DNA of 64,000 bases, taken from the IMG/VR virus record IMGVR_UViG_3300031463_000547, positions 2,031 through 66,030 of that record; one strand, given 5' to 3'. The notes beneath the pieces were generated by a model. It made no database searches. It saw nothing but the letters and a program-made list of their open reading frames with translations, and was not told the DNA's origin. The DNA is from a virus. Lineage: Duplodnaviria; Caudoviricetes. Below are positions 47,478 through 56,677 of this stretch, in pieces; the first letter of the stretch is position 1, and the number at the start of each line of letters is the position of its first letter. Position numbers and translations under genes: made by a program.

Positions 47478-47538
47478 GGCTGAAAGGACATACCTTGAGC
47501 CGAGCAGACCATTAGGTCAGCTCGGCTCTTTTTGCTTT
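47478..47538 (+). terminator. conserved antiterminator-hairpin/terminator cassette, copy 4
   Basis: GGCTGAAAGGACATACCTTG AGCCGAGCAGACC-ATTA-GGTCAGCTCGGCT CTTTTTGCTTT, upstream of the tail tube gene. Confidence 0.8.
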
Positions 47539-47556
47539 GGCGAAAGGAGAACTTCG

Positions 47557-48399
47557 ATGTCAACAGGTTTTACTCCAGGACTGCGTAATCAGGTCGTGTT
47601 GGGATCAGCAGTGCTACCGGTGCTGCAGGGGTCGTCATTTTCGATGCCGAAAAACCTAGCAATCCCACAGGTGTTTTCTGGCAACAACCTGTTTCAGTTC
47701 AATTCAGTTGAGGGGCTGCGGTATCCGGTCGTGAACCTCAACACGCTGCTGACCAAAGAGTGGTTTACTGCTGCTAATCTGACCAAATGGTTCCTGACCC
47801 GCACGGGTGATGATGTGCCAACTGCAGGCGCATTGCAGTATTGGGATGGAGCATCGGGAGTGTCAGTGCCCGCCTGCAAATTGAATATGCTCAGCATCGG
47901 CGGGAGCTATGGAGATTTAATGCGTGTGCGAATGACGATATTGGGTTATGGCACTCCCAGCGCGCTGACGAGTAAACCCAGTTCGTCGGTGATAGAGTCT
48001 ACTCCAGCGTCATTCTTCCATGTCTCAGCAAGCGGCGGATTGTCCACGACAAAAGATGCCGCGAACGCATTTTCCAGTTTCGACATTGTGCTATCGAACA
48101 ATCTCGATGTCGAGCCGGAATTGGCGGCTACGAATTACGCCCAAGAGATCAACTCCGGCCAGCTCACCGGGACGATGCGGCTGGTGATGCAAGCAAAACG
48201 AACTCCGCCGGCTGACGGAACTGAATGTTCGTTTACAATCACCCCGCCGGGAGGGACGCCTGTTACTATCACTGTGCTGAATCCCGAATCGTTGGACCCG
48301 GAGGAACGGGCAGTTCAGTTTCCACGACAGATGAGGGAACGCAACTTTGTGTTGAAGGGCGATGGCGGGCCGGATCAGCCCATCGTCAGCTTTGCCTGA
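47557..48399 (+). CDS. major tail tube protein
   Basis: RBS AAGGAG; SFDIVLSNNL...LTGTM pattern; precedes the chaperone and tape measure genes. Confidence 0.7.
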   Translation: MSTGFTPGLRNQVVLGSAVLPVLQGSSFSMPKNLAIPQVFSGNNLFQFNSVEGLRYPVVNLNTLLTKEWFTAANLTKWFLTRTGDDVPTAGALQYWDGASGVSVPACKLNMLSIGGSYGDLMRVRMTILGYGTPSALTSKPSSSVIESTPASFFHVSASGGLSTTKDAANAFSSFDIVLSNNLDVEPELAATNYAQEINSGQLTGTMRLVMQAKRTPPADGTECSFTITPPGGTPVTITVLNPESLDPEERAVQFPRQMRERNFVLKGDGGPDQPIVSFA

Positions 48400-48417
48400 T
48401 AAATAAGGAGGGGCAAG

Positions 48418-49050
48418 ATGCAAGCAACCTACACGCACGTGGTGCGCTACGTTGAGGTAGATGGCGACGTAGTAGTGCTGCCGGACGAGTTCGACCTGCA
48501 GCCGCAGGAGGCACAGATTCAGCTATTGGAATCTGAAATAGCCGATCACGAAGCCAAACTCAACCAGATGGAATCTGCGCCACCGACCGACGAGACTGAA
48601 AAAGCAAAAGCCGAGCGGTCAAAGGCGATTAAGGACCTCCGGCAGGGCATCTACGCACTGCAGTATCGTGCCAAAGAATGCCGGGCAGGTTTGGTCGCTA
48701 CTAAGGCATTGGTGAAGCAGTATTGGGATAGTGCGGCAAAGATCGTCTTTACGATGCACAGGTATTCCTGGAACGAGGAGGCTCGAATTCGCAGCGATGC
48801 ACAGGAAATCGGGCCGATGGGGCCGGTGCTCGATGAACCGAAATATGTCCTCGATCTGCTCGACAGTTGCATTGATTCGTGGGACTACGAGAAACCGAAA
48901 ACTCGCGAGGAGATAGCGGCCTTGCCGAAGCCGATCGTGAACTGCGTCTTCAATCGACTTGTGGCGCGTTCCGAACCGTCGCCGGCAAGGCTGGAGTTTC
49001 TTAGAGCTCGTGGCTCTCGACATACTGAACGGCAATCTGCGAAATCCTGA
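48418..49050 (+). CDS. tail assembly chaperone (G-like)
   Basis: Between tube and tape measure; CIDSWDY...EEIAALP motif. Confidence 0.7.
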   Translation: MQATYTHVVRYVEVDGDVVVLPDEFDLQPQEAQIQLLESEIADHEAKLNQMESAPPTDETEKAKAERSKAIKDLRQGIYALQYRAKECRAGLVATKALVKQYWDSAAKIVFTMHRYSWNEEARIRSDAQEIGPMGPVLDEPKYVLDLLDSCIDSWDYEKPKTREEIAALPKPIVNCVFNRLVARSEPSPARLEFLRARGSRHTERQSAKS

Positions 49051-49243
49051 TCGCATCACGTATTCTGTGCAATTGTGGTTATGGTCGCGCGAGAATAAGC
49101 TACCTGCCGATTTCCTAGACTACCCGGCCAGTGTGGTCAAGGAGGTTCAATATCTGCAATGGGTGGGCGACCTAATCCAGCAAGAAATCGACGCGAAGCA
49201 ACAACGGGAGCTTGAGGAGCGGCTGCGACAGCAGCAGGGATAG
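49001..49243 (+). CDS. tail assembly chaperone T-like extension, probably reached by frameshift
   Basis: Open +1 frame overlapping the G-like 3' end; no good independent start; stops 8 nt before the tape measure ATG. Confidence 0.6.
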   Translation, partial: LELVALDILNGNLRNPDRITYSVQLWLWSRENKLPADFLDYPASVVKEVQYLQWVGDLIQQEIDAKQQRELEERLRQQQG

Positions 49244-49251
49244 ATAGAACG

Positions 49252-52200
49252 ATGCCTGCGGAGAATAGACGAGAGGCAACACTTACATTTCGGCTGGCCG
49301 ATGTAGAGAAGTTTCTGAGCGATCTAACGCGAATCGAGCAGAAACTGACCAACATCGCGAAGCTATGTGGTGTGACAACGAGTACTGGCGGCGGCGCTGC
49401 TGGCGCTATTATGCCCGCCGGTACGCCAAGCGTAACTGCAGTGATACCTGCATCGGGATATGCCGCCGCCATCGGCGGCAACGCAACTATAGCAGCGACT
49501 ACCGATCCTACACTGCCTCTCGTTGCGCCTCCCCAAGGCAGTCCCCAGCAACAAAGGGTAGGGGCAGCAAGTGTTCCCAACGGAGTCTACAATGCACCTG
49601 TTGATCCGAACCGAACGGTGTTATATACACGTCAGCAATTGCAAGATGCAATGACTCCTCCTGCGCCGCGTACCCCCACAGAATGGATCAGCCAGCGGAT
49701 TACTCAATCGGTACAACGAGCGCCAGCAGAATCCGACAGATTGCTGCAAACCGTACCCCTGCTGGCCAGTGTGGCTCGATTTGTTGCCAATCCAGTCGTG
49801 GCGATGGCAGGAGCCGGCCTGTATATGGGCTATACATATGCCCGAAATTGGTTTGAGGTAGAGGCACAGCGGGCTGAATGGGCTGCTAGCGGAGCAGGTA
49901 TTACTCCAGAGCGCCGCCGGTTATGGGAGATTCAACGCGATGTCGGATGGTTGCCATTCGGTATCGGGGCATGGACGATGCGGCCAATCAGCGCCCGGCT
50001 ACAGTTCGAAGAAACGGTTCACGGAACCGAAGAGCGGATACGGGCGTTGGGCGGTTTGGTTGGCATAGAGGACCTGCTGCTACAGCCCAGGGGTGTGGGC
50101 GGCGGCATTGTGAGTGCTCCCGGAGGGAAAGAATTTCGGCCTTGGGCGCGCGAAGCTGTGCAACTCCTGAATCTAATTATGGACATGGTTCCGTCGCTGG
50201 CAAGCCAACCGGAAGGCCCGGCATCCGGCATACGAGCACTACTGCAGAGCGATATACTCCCCATATTTCAGCGATTTGAGCGATTAGGCCAAGAATTTGG
50301 AAAGCGCGCAATTGAGAGTTGGGGCAGACCAGAATGGGTGATGCTGCGTCAGGCAATGGGTCGAGGGGGGGCATACTCAAATCAGTATTCGCCGCTGAGC
50401 ACGGTGACGGCTAATGTGATGGGGATGTATTATGCCGGGATGGGCGATATTCAAGGGCTATCGACTATTCTGCCAATGATCGGAACTGAGGCGCCGCCGC
50501 CCGGCTCCGGCCTAATATCACAGGCTGACATTATGCGAATGGCATTGGCGCAGGAGTATCGCATTGCGATGGGGTCGCTATACTCTGCGCAATCTCAATA
50601 CTACTCTGCAGGTGCCCAAGCAGCGCAGTTATTTGGCAGACCCGGCGAGGAAGTTTTTGAATTCTATCGCCGAGCGCAGATGAGACAGGGAATGGCTACC
50701 GCTCAACTGCGTACCAATTTGAGAACACTTGAGCAATTGCGAGCCGGGATTCACGACCCAGCGTATGCATATGCATTCGATCTGGCAATAGCTCAACTTG
50801 GCAGACAAGCACAACAATCACAAAGCGAATATGCTCAACTCGGCAGAACAGCCGGCACAACGCTGCTGGAATACAAAACAGGCATTCTGCAGGCACAAGC
50901 ACAACTAGCGGAAATAGAGGGACTATCTCCGGCAGAAGCTACTCGCGCTCAAGCACGTTGGTATCGCGCGCTGCTGACCCAGCCGGAGATGTTTTTTGGG
51001 CCGGGGGTTACGCTGAGTCCTGCTGAACGAGCGCAATATACAACGCGAGCACGGGGTTTGGAGATCAGCGCAATCCAGCAGCAAGCAGCATATGCCGGTG
51101 GCCTTGCTGGATTTGGGCAGCAGGAAGCATTGGGCCAATTGGGCGTGATGCAGGCGCGTGGGCAGATATGGAACCCAGCAATGCAGAAGGCGTTCGAGAA
51201 TGTCCAAGTCTTCGTGCAGCAACGAATCGCCGCGATTGACGCGATGATCCAGGAGTATGCGGCGGCTGGATTGGGAGCCAACAGTCTGCTGATGCGCGGA
51301 GCGATGGCTCAGCGATCGTCGCTGATGGCCAGTCTGGAACAGGTTCGGGTGGAAGCGTTTCAGACGAAGTACGCAACGTTGGGCGCTCCCGCTGCGGCAG
51401 TATCGACGGTCGGCGGGATCGGCGCTAGCGTAGTGAGTGCACTCGGTGGGCCAGTGGCTAATCTAGCCGTCCCCTTCGCATTGCAGACTCAGGGTGCGCA
51501 GGCTCAATTAGCACTGGCACGGCAGCAATACAGCGAGGCAGTCCAGACGTGGGGGCCAAACAGCCTGCAGGCGATGGCCGCGCTGCAGATGGTGGCTCAG
51601 GCCCAGGCGCAGGTCCAGATGCTGCCATTCCAGCAGATAGAGGCCCGATACGGGTTGGCGATGCGCGCGCCATCGGCGATTGCCGGCGGGCTAGGAATGG
51701 CGGCGGGAATAGCGGCAATAGCCGGCGGAACCGGTGCGGCGGCTCCAATGCTGATCGGCGCGGCGACATCTATGCAGAATGTCGCAGCCATAGCATCAGC
51801 TAAAGCGGAAGAAATCGCTCGAACGCCGGGGGCTGGACCGGCTCTGATTGCCGAGGCATGGCAGGGTGCCCAAGCGGCAGCAGCTCAGGCAGCACAGAGT
51901 TGGCTATCAACTGCTGATTATACTCAACCGCCGGCATTGCGCGAAACGATGGCTCAGGCGCGGTTCGCCGAAAACGTACTTACCTCCACATTCGGCGCTC
52001 GTGGATCGGTGCGAGCAATGGCCAGACAGAGGCAGGACGCGGCGCGAGAAATGATAGCCAACCTGACACGTTATCGCGATACGATGCTGCCTCACATTCC
52101 AACAAACCTGCGTGGAGCATGGCTGCACCAGATCAACGAGCAAATCCGAGCGAATGCCTCCGAATGGGTGGCGGCGCAGCAGGAATTGGAACAGGGTTGG

Positions 52201-52683
52201 CTGGAGCGTGTTATATCAACCCAATGGAACGCTCCAGAGAATGCCAGTTTGGTGCTCAATGAGTTCAGCTATGCCGGGGCAGTGATGCGAGGCGGGATCG
52301 CAGCACGACATCTAGGTGCAACCTCGCAACAACTGGACTATTATCGGCGGCAACCAAGCACATTCTATGCCTATGGGGGCGCCTATGGGGGCGCCGGCAA
52401 ATTCGGAACCCCATTAGGATTTATTGAGTCGGCGCTATCAGGTGTCACAGATATTCCATCCACCGCCATGCTGCCCGGCCTACCACTGTCCGGCGGCGCG
52501 TCACCTGTTGGCCCCTCCGCCGGGTTAGGCGCGCCGCCGGCCAATAATGTGCTGCGAGTCGAGATTGTATTGGTCGATAACAACGGCAGCATGCTGGGAA
52601 CGGTGCAACGAACGATAGACGATGCACAGCGACCGATCAATGAGAATATCATCATGCATACCGGAAGGGGGCAGTGGAACTGA
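49252..52683 (+). CDS. tape measure protein
   Basis: 1143 aa, Ala/Gln/Gly-rich and helical; canonical position. Confidence 0.8.
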   Translation: MPAENRREATLTFRLADVEKFLSDLTRIEQKLTNIAKLCGVTTSTGGGAAGAIMPAGTPSVTAVIPASGYAAAIGGNATIAATTDPTLPLVAPPQGSPQQQRVGAASVPNGVYNAPVDPNRTVLYTRQQLQDAMTPPAPRTPTEWISQRITQSVQRAPAESDRLLQTVPLLASVARFVANPVVAMAGAGLYMGYTYARNWFEVEAQRAEWAASGAGITPERRRLWEIQRDVGWLPFGIGAWTMRPISARLQFEETVHGTEERIRALGGLVGIEDLLLQPRGVGGGIVSAPGGKEFRPWAREAVQLLNLIMDMVPSLASQPEGPASGIRALLQSDILPIFQRFERLGQEFGKRAIESWGRPEWVMLRQAMGRGGAYSNQYSPLSTVTANVMGMYYAGMGDIQGLSTILPMIGTEAPPPGSGLISQADIMRMALAQEYRIAMGSLYSAQSQYYSAGAQAAQLFGRPGEEVFEFYRRAQMRQGMATAQLRTNLRTLEQLRAGIHDPAYAYAFDLAIAQLGRQAQQSQSEYAQLGRTAGTTLLEYKTGILQAQAQLAEIEGLSPAEATRAQARWYRALLTQPEMFFGPGVTLSPAERAQYTTRARGLEISAIQQQAAYAGGLAGFGQQEALGQLGVMQARGQIWNPAMQKAFENVQVFVQQRIAAIDAMIQEYAAAGLGANSLLMRGAMAQRSSLMASLEQVRVEAFQTKYATLGAPAAAVSTVGGIGASVVSALGGPVANLAVPFALQTQGAQAQLALARQQYSEAVQTWGPNSLQAMAALQMVAQAQAQVQMLPFQQIEARYGLAMRAPSAIAGGLGMAAGIAAIAGGTGAAAPMLIGAATSMQNVAAIASAKAEEIARTPGAGPALIAEAWQGAQAAAAQAAQSWLSTADYTQPPALRETMAQARFAENVLTSTFGARGSVRAMARQRQDAAREMIANLTRYRDTMLPHIPTNLRGAWLHQINEQIRANASEWVAAQQELEQGWLERVISTQWNAPENASLVLNEFSYAGAVMRGGIAARHLGATSQQLDYYRRQPSTFYAYGGAYGGAGKFGTPLGFIESALSGVTDIPSTAMLPGLPLSGGASPVGPSAGLGAPPANNVLRVEIVLVDNNGSMLGTVQRTIDDAQRPINENIIMHTGRGQWN

Positions 52684-55034
52684 TGCCTACCTCCGGCACA
52701 ATGCGACCAATAGCGCGATTCACGGCAGAAGACGTTCACGGCCCATATGGGTTCATGGAACAGCCATGCTTGGCCGGGACGGATAGGTTGGCTGACCTCG
52801 GCTTTGTGAACGTGTATGAGAATGAGCGCGTACGATACGATCCGATTGCCGAATGTGTGTATGCTGAGCCGATGTTCGTGCCGCATCACAACCTGCGCAC
52901 TGGCAAGGAATTGATATACTACGTCACGAGTCCAGAAGGGCTGATCGGTGAACCGGTAGAGAAAGACTACACTGATGAAAGCCCCCGCGAGGGCCTGCCT
53001 GACTATCCTATCCTGCGGTGGCATCTAGTGAGCAAGAGTGCCGCAACTGATTTCTCTACGACGATCTTTGCTCCCCTCGAATACACAGGGCTGTGCGTGC
53101 AATTGACTCCGGGCAGAGAACACAATCCGAATGAACTGTCCGCAGTTGCGCATTGCCACGGTGAGTACCTGCCTAAATCGCGCGGATTTTGGGTGTTCCA
53201 TCGGCAGGTGGCAGGCGATAGTCCCAATGAGTCAAATCGTGCAGTCACATTCCGATTCTATGTCTCCGACGAACAGGGATGGCAACTCCAATACGCGGCT
53301 GGCGAAGGCCTAATTCTATACGCTATCGATGGCACAGAGTTCAGACGATTAGGAAAGTTGCAGTCTCCTGAGAGTTACGCTCAGGCAGTGTCCAGAGATC
53401 AGCATCGAACACAGGATGGCTGGGGTTCGATGTCTCCATTGCTGCATGTAGAACAAACTGCAGTGCAGGTACTGCTGGTCAATGGGTTGCTGCAGATCCA
53501 CGTCCAAGGTCAGTTGCAACCATGTGTCGTGCCTGCCCCTGATGTTGACTATTTCACGAAGGTCTATGCGTCTGTGGCGGGCGGGCGGTACTGCTACTGG
53601 TCCATACATCCGGTGTGTTTTGCCGCCAACGCATATATGATTGCCAATGAGCATCAGCTTGGATTCGTGCGGCGCAGTGACACGCCCATCAGCTATCACA
53701 TTCTGGGCGCAGAGGCTGATGGATGTACGATGACGGCATCTACTGAATGGGAACAGGGTACAGAGTTCCGCTACAAGCTGGCATTTGAGAATACCCAATC
53801 CGGAACATATCGCAACATTGCATACTCGCGTGATACATCCGTTGCGCGCTCAGTCACATACAAAGTGCCGGCATATATCAGCCGACCGCCGCGAACGGGC
53901 ATAGCGCAATATCCATGCCGAGAGATCACAATTACCACCACATTCGATTGGCGCAACCTGAGCATAACCAGCAGGGCAGATATAGTTGTCAACAATCGCC
54001 GCGGCGAATGGCGTAACGGCTGGCCGCCGCCTCAGTTTGGATATGGAAACCGAGCCGTGACGCTGGACCTGGGCTGGGAGGGCGCTGATGGCTGGTATGC
54101 AGTCAATCGACGGTTCACCGGCATCGGCGGTCTAGACATTATCTATACCCGCGGTCCCGCACCAGAACACACGGTTAGAATATGCTGCGAGGACCTGAGT
54201 GTGATATTGCGCGATTATGAGATGATGGCCTGTCCATGGATGGACGGGTGGTGTCACTACTACGCGATACGGTTTCTGGCACAGATGGCCGGATTTACGG
54301 ATGCGCAGATGGAGTTCGAATACTGCGATGATCCATTTTGCTCAAATCCAGACCATTATCATCTGCCGATAGGCGAGGGCGGACGGCCTTTGATGTATTT
54401 CGCGGGCGGAACGTCAGTGCGTGCAGCGATGCAGCAGATACAATTTCTGACCGGACACGTGCTCTATTTCGACGTGTTCGGCAAGCTAAGGTACTATCCG
54501 TGGGTGCGCACCGCGCCCGGACCCTATAAGAGAACGTTCTACGACGCGCCAGCAGGCGGCAATCTCGATCGGCATCAATGTATCCAACAGGTCAGCTTAG
54601 TCCGGTCGAACCGAACGATACGCACCCATCTAACCGTCGTCGGTATAGACGCCTACGGGCCCACATGGAAACCGATCATCGAGCATCGCGCAAACGAGGC
54701 ATCGGTGCGCAATCCAATGGACTACACCTATGTCGGCTATCGCAAACCACGTGCATTGGCCGACAGCAGATATGCTACCCCAGAATATGCTGCAGCGGCG
54801 GCTGATACGATCTTCGCGCTCGAAAACCGGCCGAGCGAGGAGATAACTCTGGTCATGCAGGCGATGAGCGATCTATATCCGATGGACGTTATCGGGCTGG
54901 TGGATATGGAGATGCCGACCTCAGCAGGAATGATCCCAACGCCGTTTTTCATCACGCAAATACGGGAGCGCATGATATGCACCCGAACTCAGAAGGACTA
55001 TTCAATGACGATCAACGCACGACGAATCGTGTAG
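52683..55034 (+). CDS. tail tip/hub protein 1
   Basis: Follows the tape measure gene by TGATG coupling; C-terminal hub-like region (VLYFDVFGKLRY, HLTVVG, LYPMDVIGL). Confidence 0.6.
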   Translation: MPTSGTMRPIARFTAEDVHGPYGFMEQPCLAGTDRLADLGFVNVYENERVRYDPIAECVYAEPMFVPHHNLRTGKELIYYVTSPEGLIGEPVEKDYTDESPREGLPDYPILRWHLVSKSAATDFSTTIFAPLEYTGLCVQLTPGREHNPNELSAVAHCHGEYLPKSRGFWVFHRQVAGDSPNESNRAVTFRFYVSDEQGWQLQYAAGEGLILYAIDGTEFRRLGKLQSPESYAQAVSRDQHRTQDGWGSMSPLLHVEQTAVQVLLVNGLLQIHVQGQLQPCVVPAPDVDYFTKVYASVAGGRYCYWSIHPVCFAANAYMIANEHQLGFVRRSDTPISYHILGAEADGCTMTASTEWEQGTEFRYKLAFENTQSGTYRNIAYSRDTSVARSVTYKVPAYISRPPRTGIAQYPCREITITTTFDWRNLSITSRADIVVNNRRGEWRNGWPPPQFGYGNRAVTLDLGWEGADGWYAVNRRFTGIGGLDIIYTRGPAPEHTVRICCEDLSVILRDYEMMACPWMDGWCHYYAIRFLAQMAGFTDAQMEFEYCDDPFCSNPDHYHLPIGEGGRPLMYFAGGTSVRAAMQQIQFLTGHVLYFDVFGKLRYYPWVRTAPGPYKRTFYDAPAGGNLDRHQCIQQVSLVRSNRTIRTHLTVVGIDAYGPTWKPIIEHRANEASVRNPMDYTYVGYRKPRALADSRYATPEYAAAAADTIFALENRPSEEITLVMQAMSDLYPMDVIGLVDMEMPTSAGMIPTPFFITQIRERMICTRTQKDYSMTINARRIV

Positions 55035-55053
55035 TTGCAGGAGGAACTCAGCA

Positions 55054-55377
55054 GTGACTGAGCAGGATGTTGTTAATCGGCTGACTGCAGGACTGGCCGC
55101 CGTCGAGGCAACGATGAAGGCCGAATTCTCGCACGTCAATGCCCGCTTAGACTCCCATGCAGACGAGATACGACGTCTGGCAGGACAGGTGCAGGGGCTG
55201 AATATGTATATAGCTCGCAGACAGGGAGCAAATGGCGTTAGACAGGAACAGACACAGCAGGCGAGCGAGAATCGTATGTTCTGGCGAAAAACGTGGGTGC
55301 AGGTAATAGCCGGAATCGCCCTGATAGTCGCTACGGCACTATTGACGGGGCCTATCGAGCGTTTGGTGAGTCGATAA
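55054..55377 (+). CDS. holin-like protein (coiled coil plus C-terminal TM)
   Basis: RBS AGGAGG; XhlA-like architecture; two genes upstream of the endolysin. Confidence 0.55.
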   Translation: MTEQDVVNRLTAGLAAVEATMKAEFSHVNARLDSHADEIRRLAGQVQGLNMYIARRQGANGVRQEQTQQASENRMFWRKTWVQVIAGIALIVATALLTGPIERLVSR

Positions 55378-55394
55378 GTAAGGGAGGTTTCACA

Positions 55395-56186
55395 ATGAAC
55401 AGGAGAGTATGGATTCTGACCGCAGTTATAATGGCAACACTCTTGTTGCCGGTGGTCACAATGGCCGCCACTGATGATGTGCAGAGCGAGAGCATGCCTT
55501 GGCAGATCATCAATTACATCGCCGCCGCAATTTTCAATATAGGCATTGTGGCTGGTGTTCGGGCTAGAGCACAGGCGGCGGGAAAGGCGTTTCTATCCAG
55601 CGGCCGATTCGCATGGATAGCTGTGTTTATACTGTGCTTCTTGGAACTGCTGGTGGCTGGTAGATTCGAGGCGCTCAACAATGCATCAGCATTCGTGAAC
55701 CTGCTCAAGGAGGCATCGGCGGCAACAATGGCCATATTGGGCGTGCACTCTGCAGGCAAAACGGCAGGCGTAAATGAACCGCTGATTCGTGGTTTGAGGA
55801 CAGTGCTCTTTGGCGGTTCGATGCTGATTGTGCTGATCGTCGTGTTCGGTTTCTGCACGGCTCCAGTTCATGCAGATTCGCTGATTCCTGAGGGCGTAAA
55901 CATCGTGCCCATCCAACTGCATTCACTCACGACAGGTGACAGTTGTCAAGCGGGGATGGTTCCAATTACGTTTCATACTCGCCCCATTGGTAGTAGTGGC
56001 TGTCAGCTCGCGTTTTCAGCGAATTTCATGACCCGACAGAGTGCGAGCGGCCAAACAGTGGGGGTTGGCATCGGGGCAGCGCTGACAAATGGCGTGCTAC
56101 GATTGGGCATCGATATTGGTTATATGTTGGATGCCTACAGATGGACCATTGACGCCTCCTTGCTGCGAATTCCGATTTCGCTGTAG
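55395..56186 (+). CDS. multi-TM lysis-associated membrane protein
   Basis: RBS GGGAGG; signal-like N-terminus, several TM helices and a beta-strand-rich C-terminus. Confidence 0.55.
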   Translation: MNRRVWILTAVIMATLLLPVVTMAATDDVQSESMPWQIINYIAAAIFNIGIVAGVRARAQAAGKAFLSSGRFAWIAVFILCFLELLVAGRFEALNNASAFVNLLKEASAATMAILGVHSAGKTAGVNEPLIRGLRTVLFGGSMLIVLIVVFGFCTAPVHADSLIPEGVNIVPIQLHSLTTGDSCQAGMVPITFHTRPIGSSGCQLAFSANFMTRQSASGQTVGVGIGAALTNGVLRLGIDIGYMLDAYRWTIDASLLRIPISL

Positions 56187-56209
56187 AACAGCGAGGGAGA
56201 TGGCACGCC

Positions 56210-56677
56210 ATGGCTTGGCTGACAATCGATCTGACATTGTTTGCGGCGCTGTTCGCCCACATGGCTGGACGCGTGAAATACAGGTTGGGCGCGAAGGCGC
56301 CCAACCTGAATTGTGATTCATCGCAAATCACCCGTCTCGATTGCTCAGGCGTGGTGCGTTACGTGTTGCATCGCGCAGGCATCCATGACGTGCCGGATGG
56401 ATCACAAGCGCAACTGGCTTGGTGTCGGCAGAAGGGATTCAAAACGAGCAGTTATGATGCCAATGGGGCAGGCCGATGCGATGGAGCGCTGCGCATCGCG
56501 TTCGCGTCGCCGAAGGGCGGCAAAGCATGGCCGCGCCACGTCTGGTTTATCCACAACGGCAGGACGTATGAGAGCTATGCTGGTCACGGCGTTGGTTCTC
56601 GGCAATGGAATAATCCCAAACTGACCTCGATTGTGAGCGCCTGCTATGTGCTGACGAGGCCAACAAAATCGACATGA
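56210..56677 (+). CDS. NlpC/P60-like cell-wall hydrolase (endolysin)
   Basis: VKYRLGAK, LDCSGVVR, HVWF catalytic Cys/His motifs. Confidence 0.75.
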   Translation: MAWLTIDLTLFAALFAHMAGRVKYRLGAKAPNLNCDSSQITRLDCSGVVRYVLHRAGIHDVPDGSQAQLAWCRQKGFKTSSYDANGAGRCDGALRIAFASPKGGKAWPRHVWFIHNGRTYESYAGHGVGSRQWNNPKLTSIVSACYVLTRPTKST

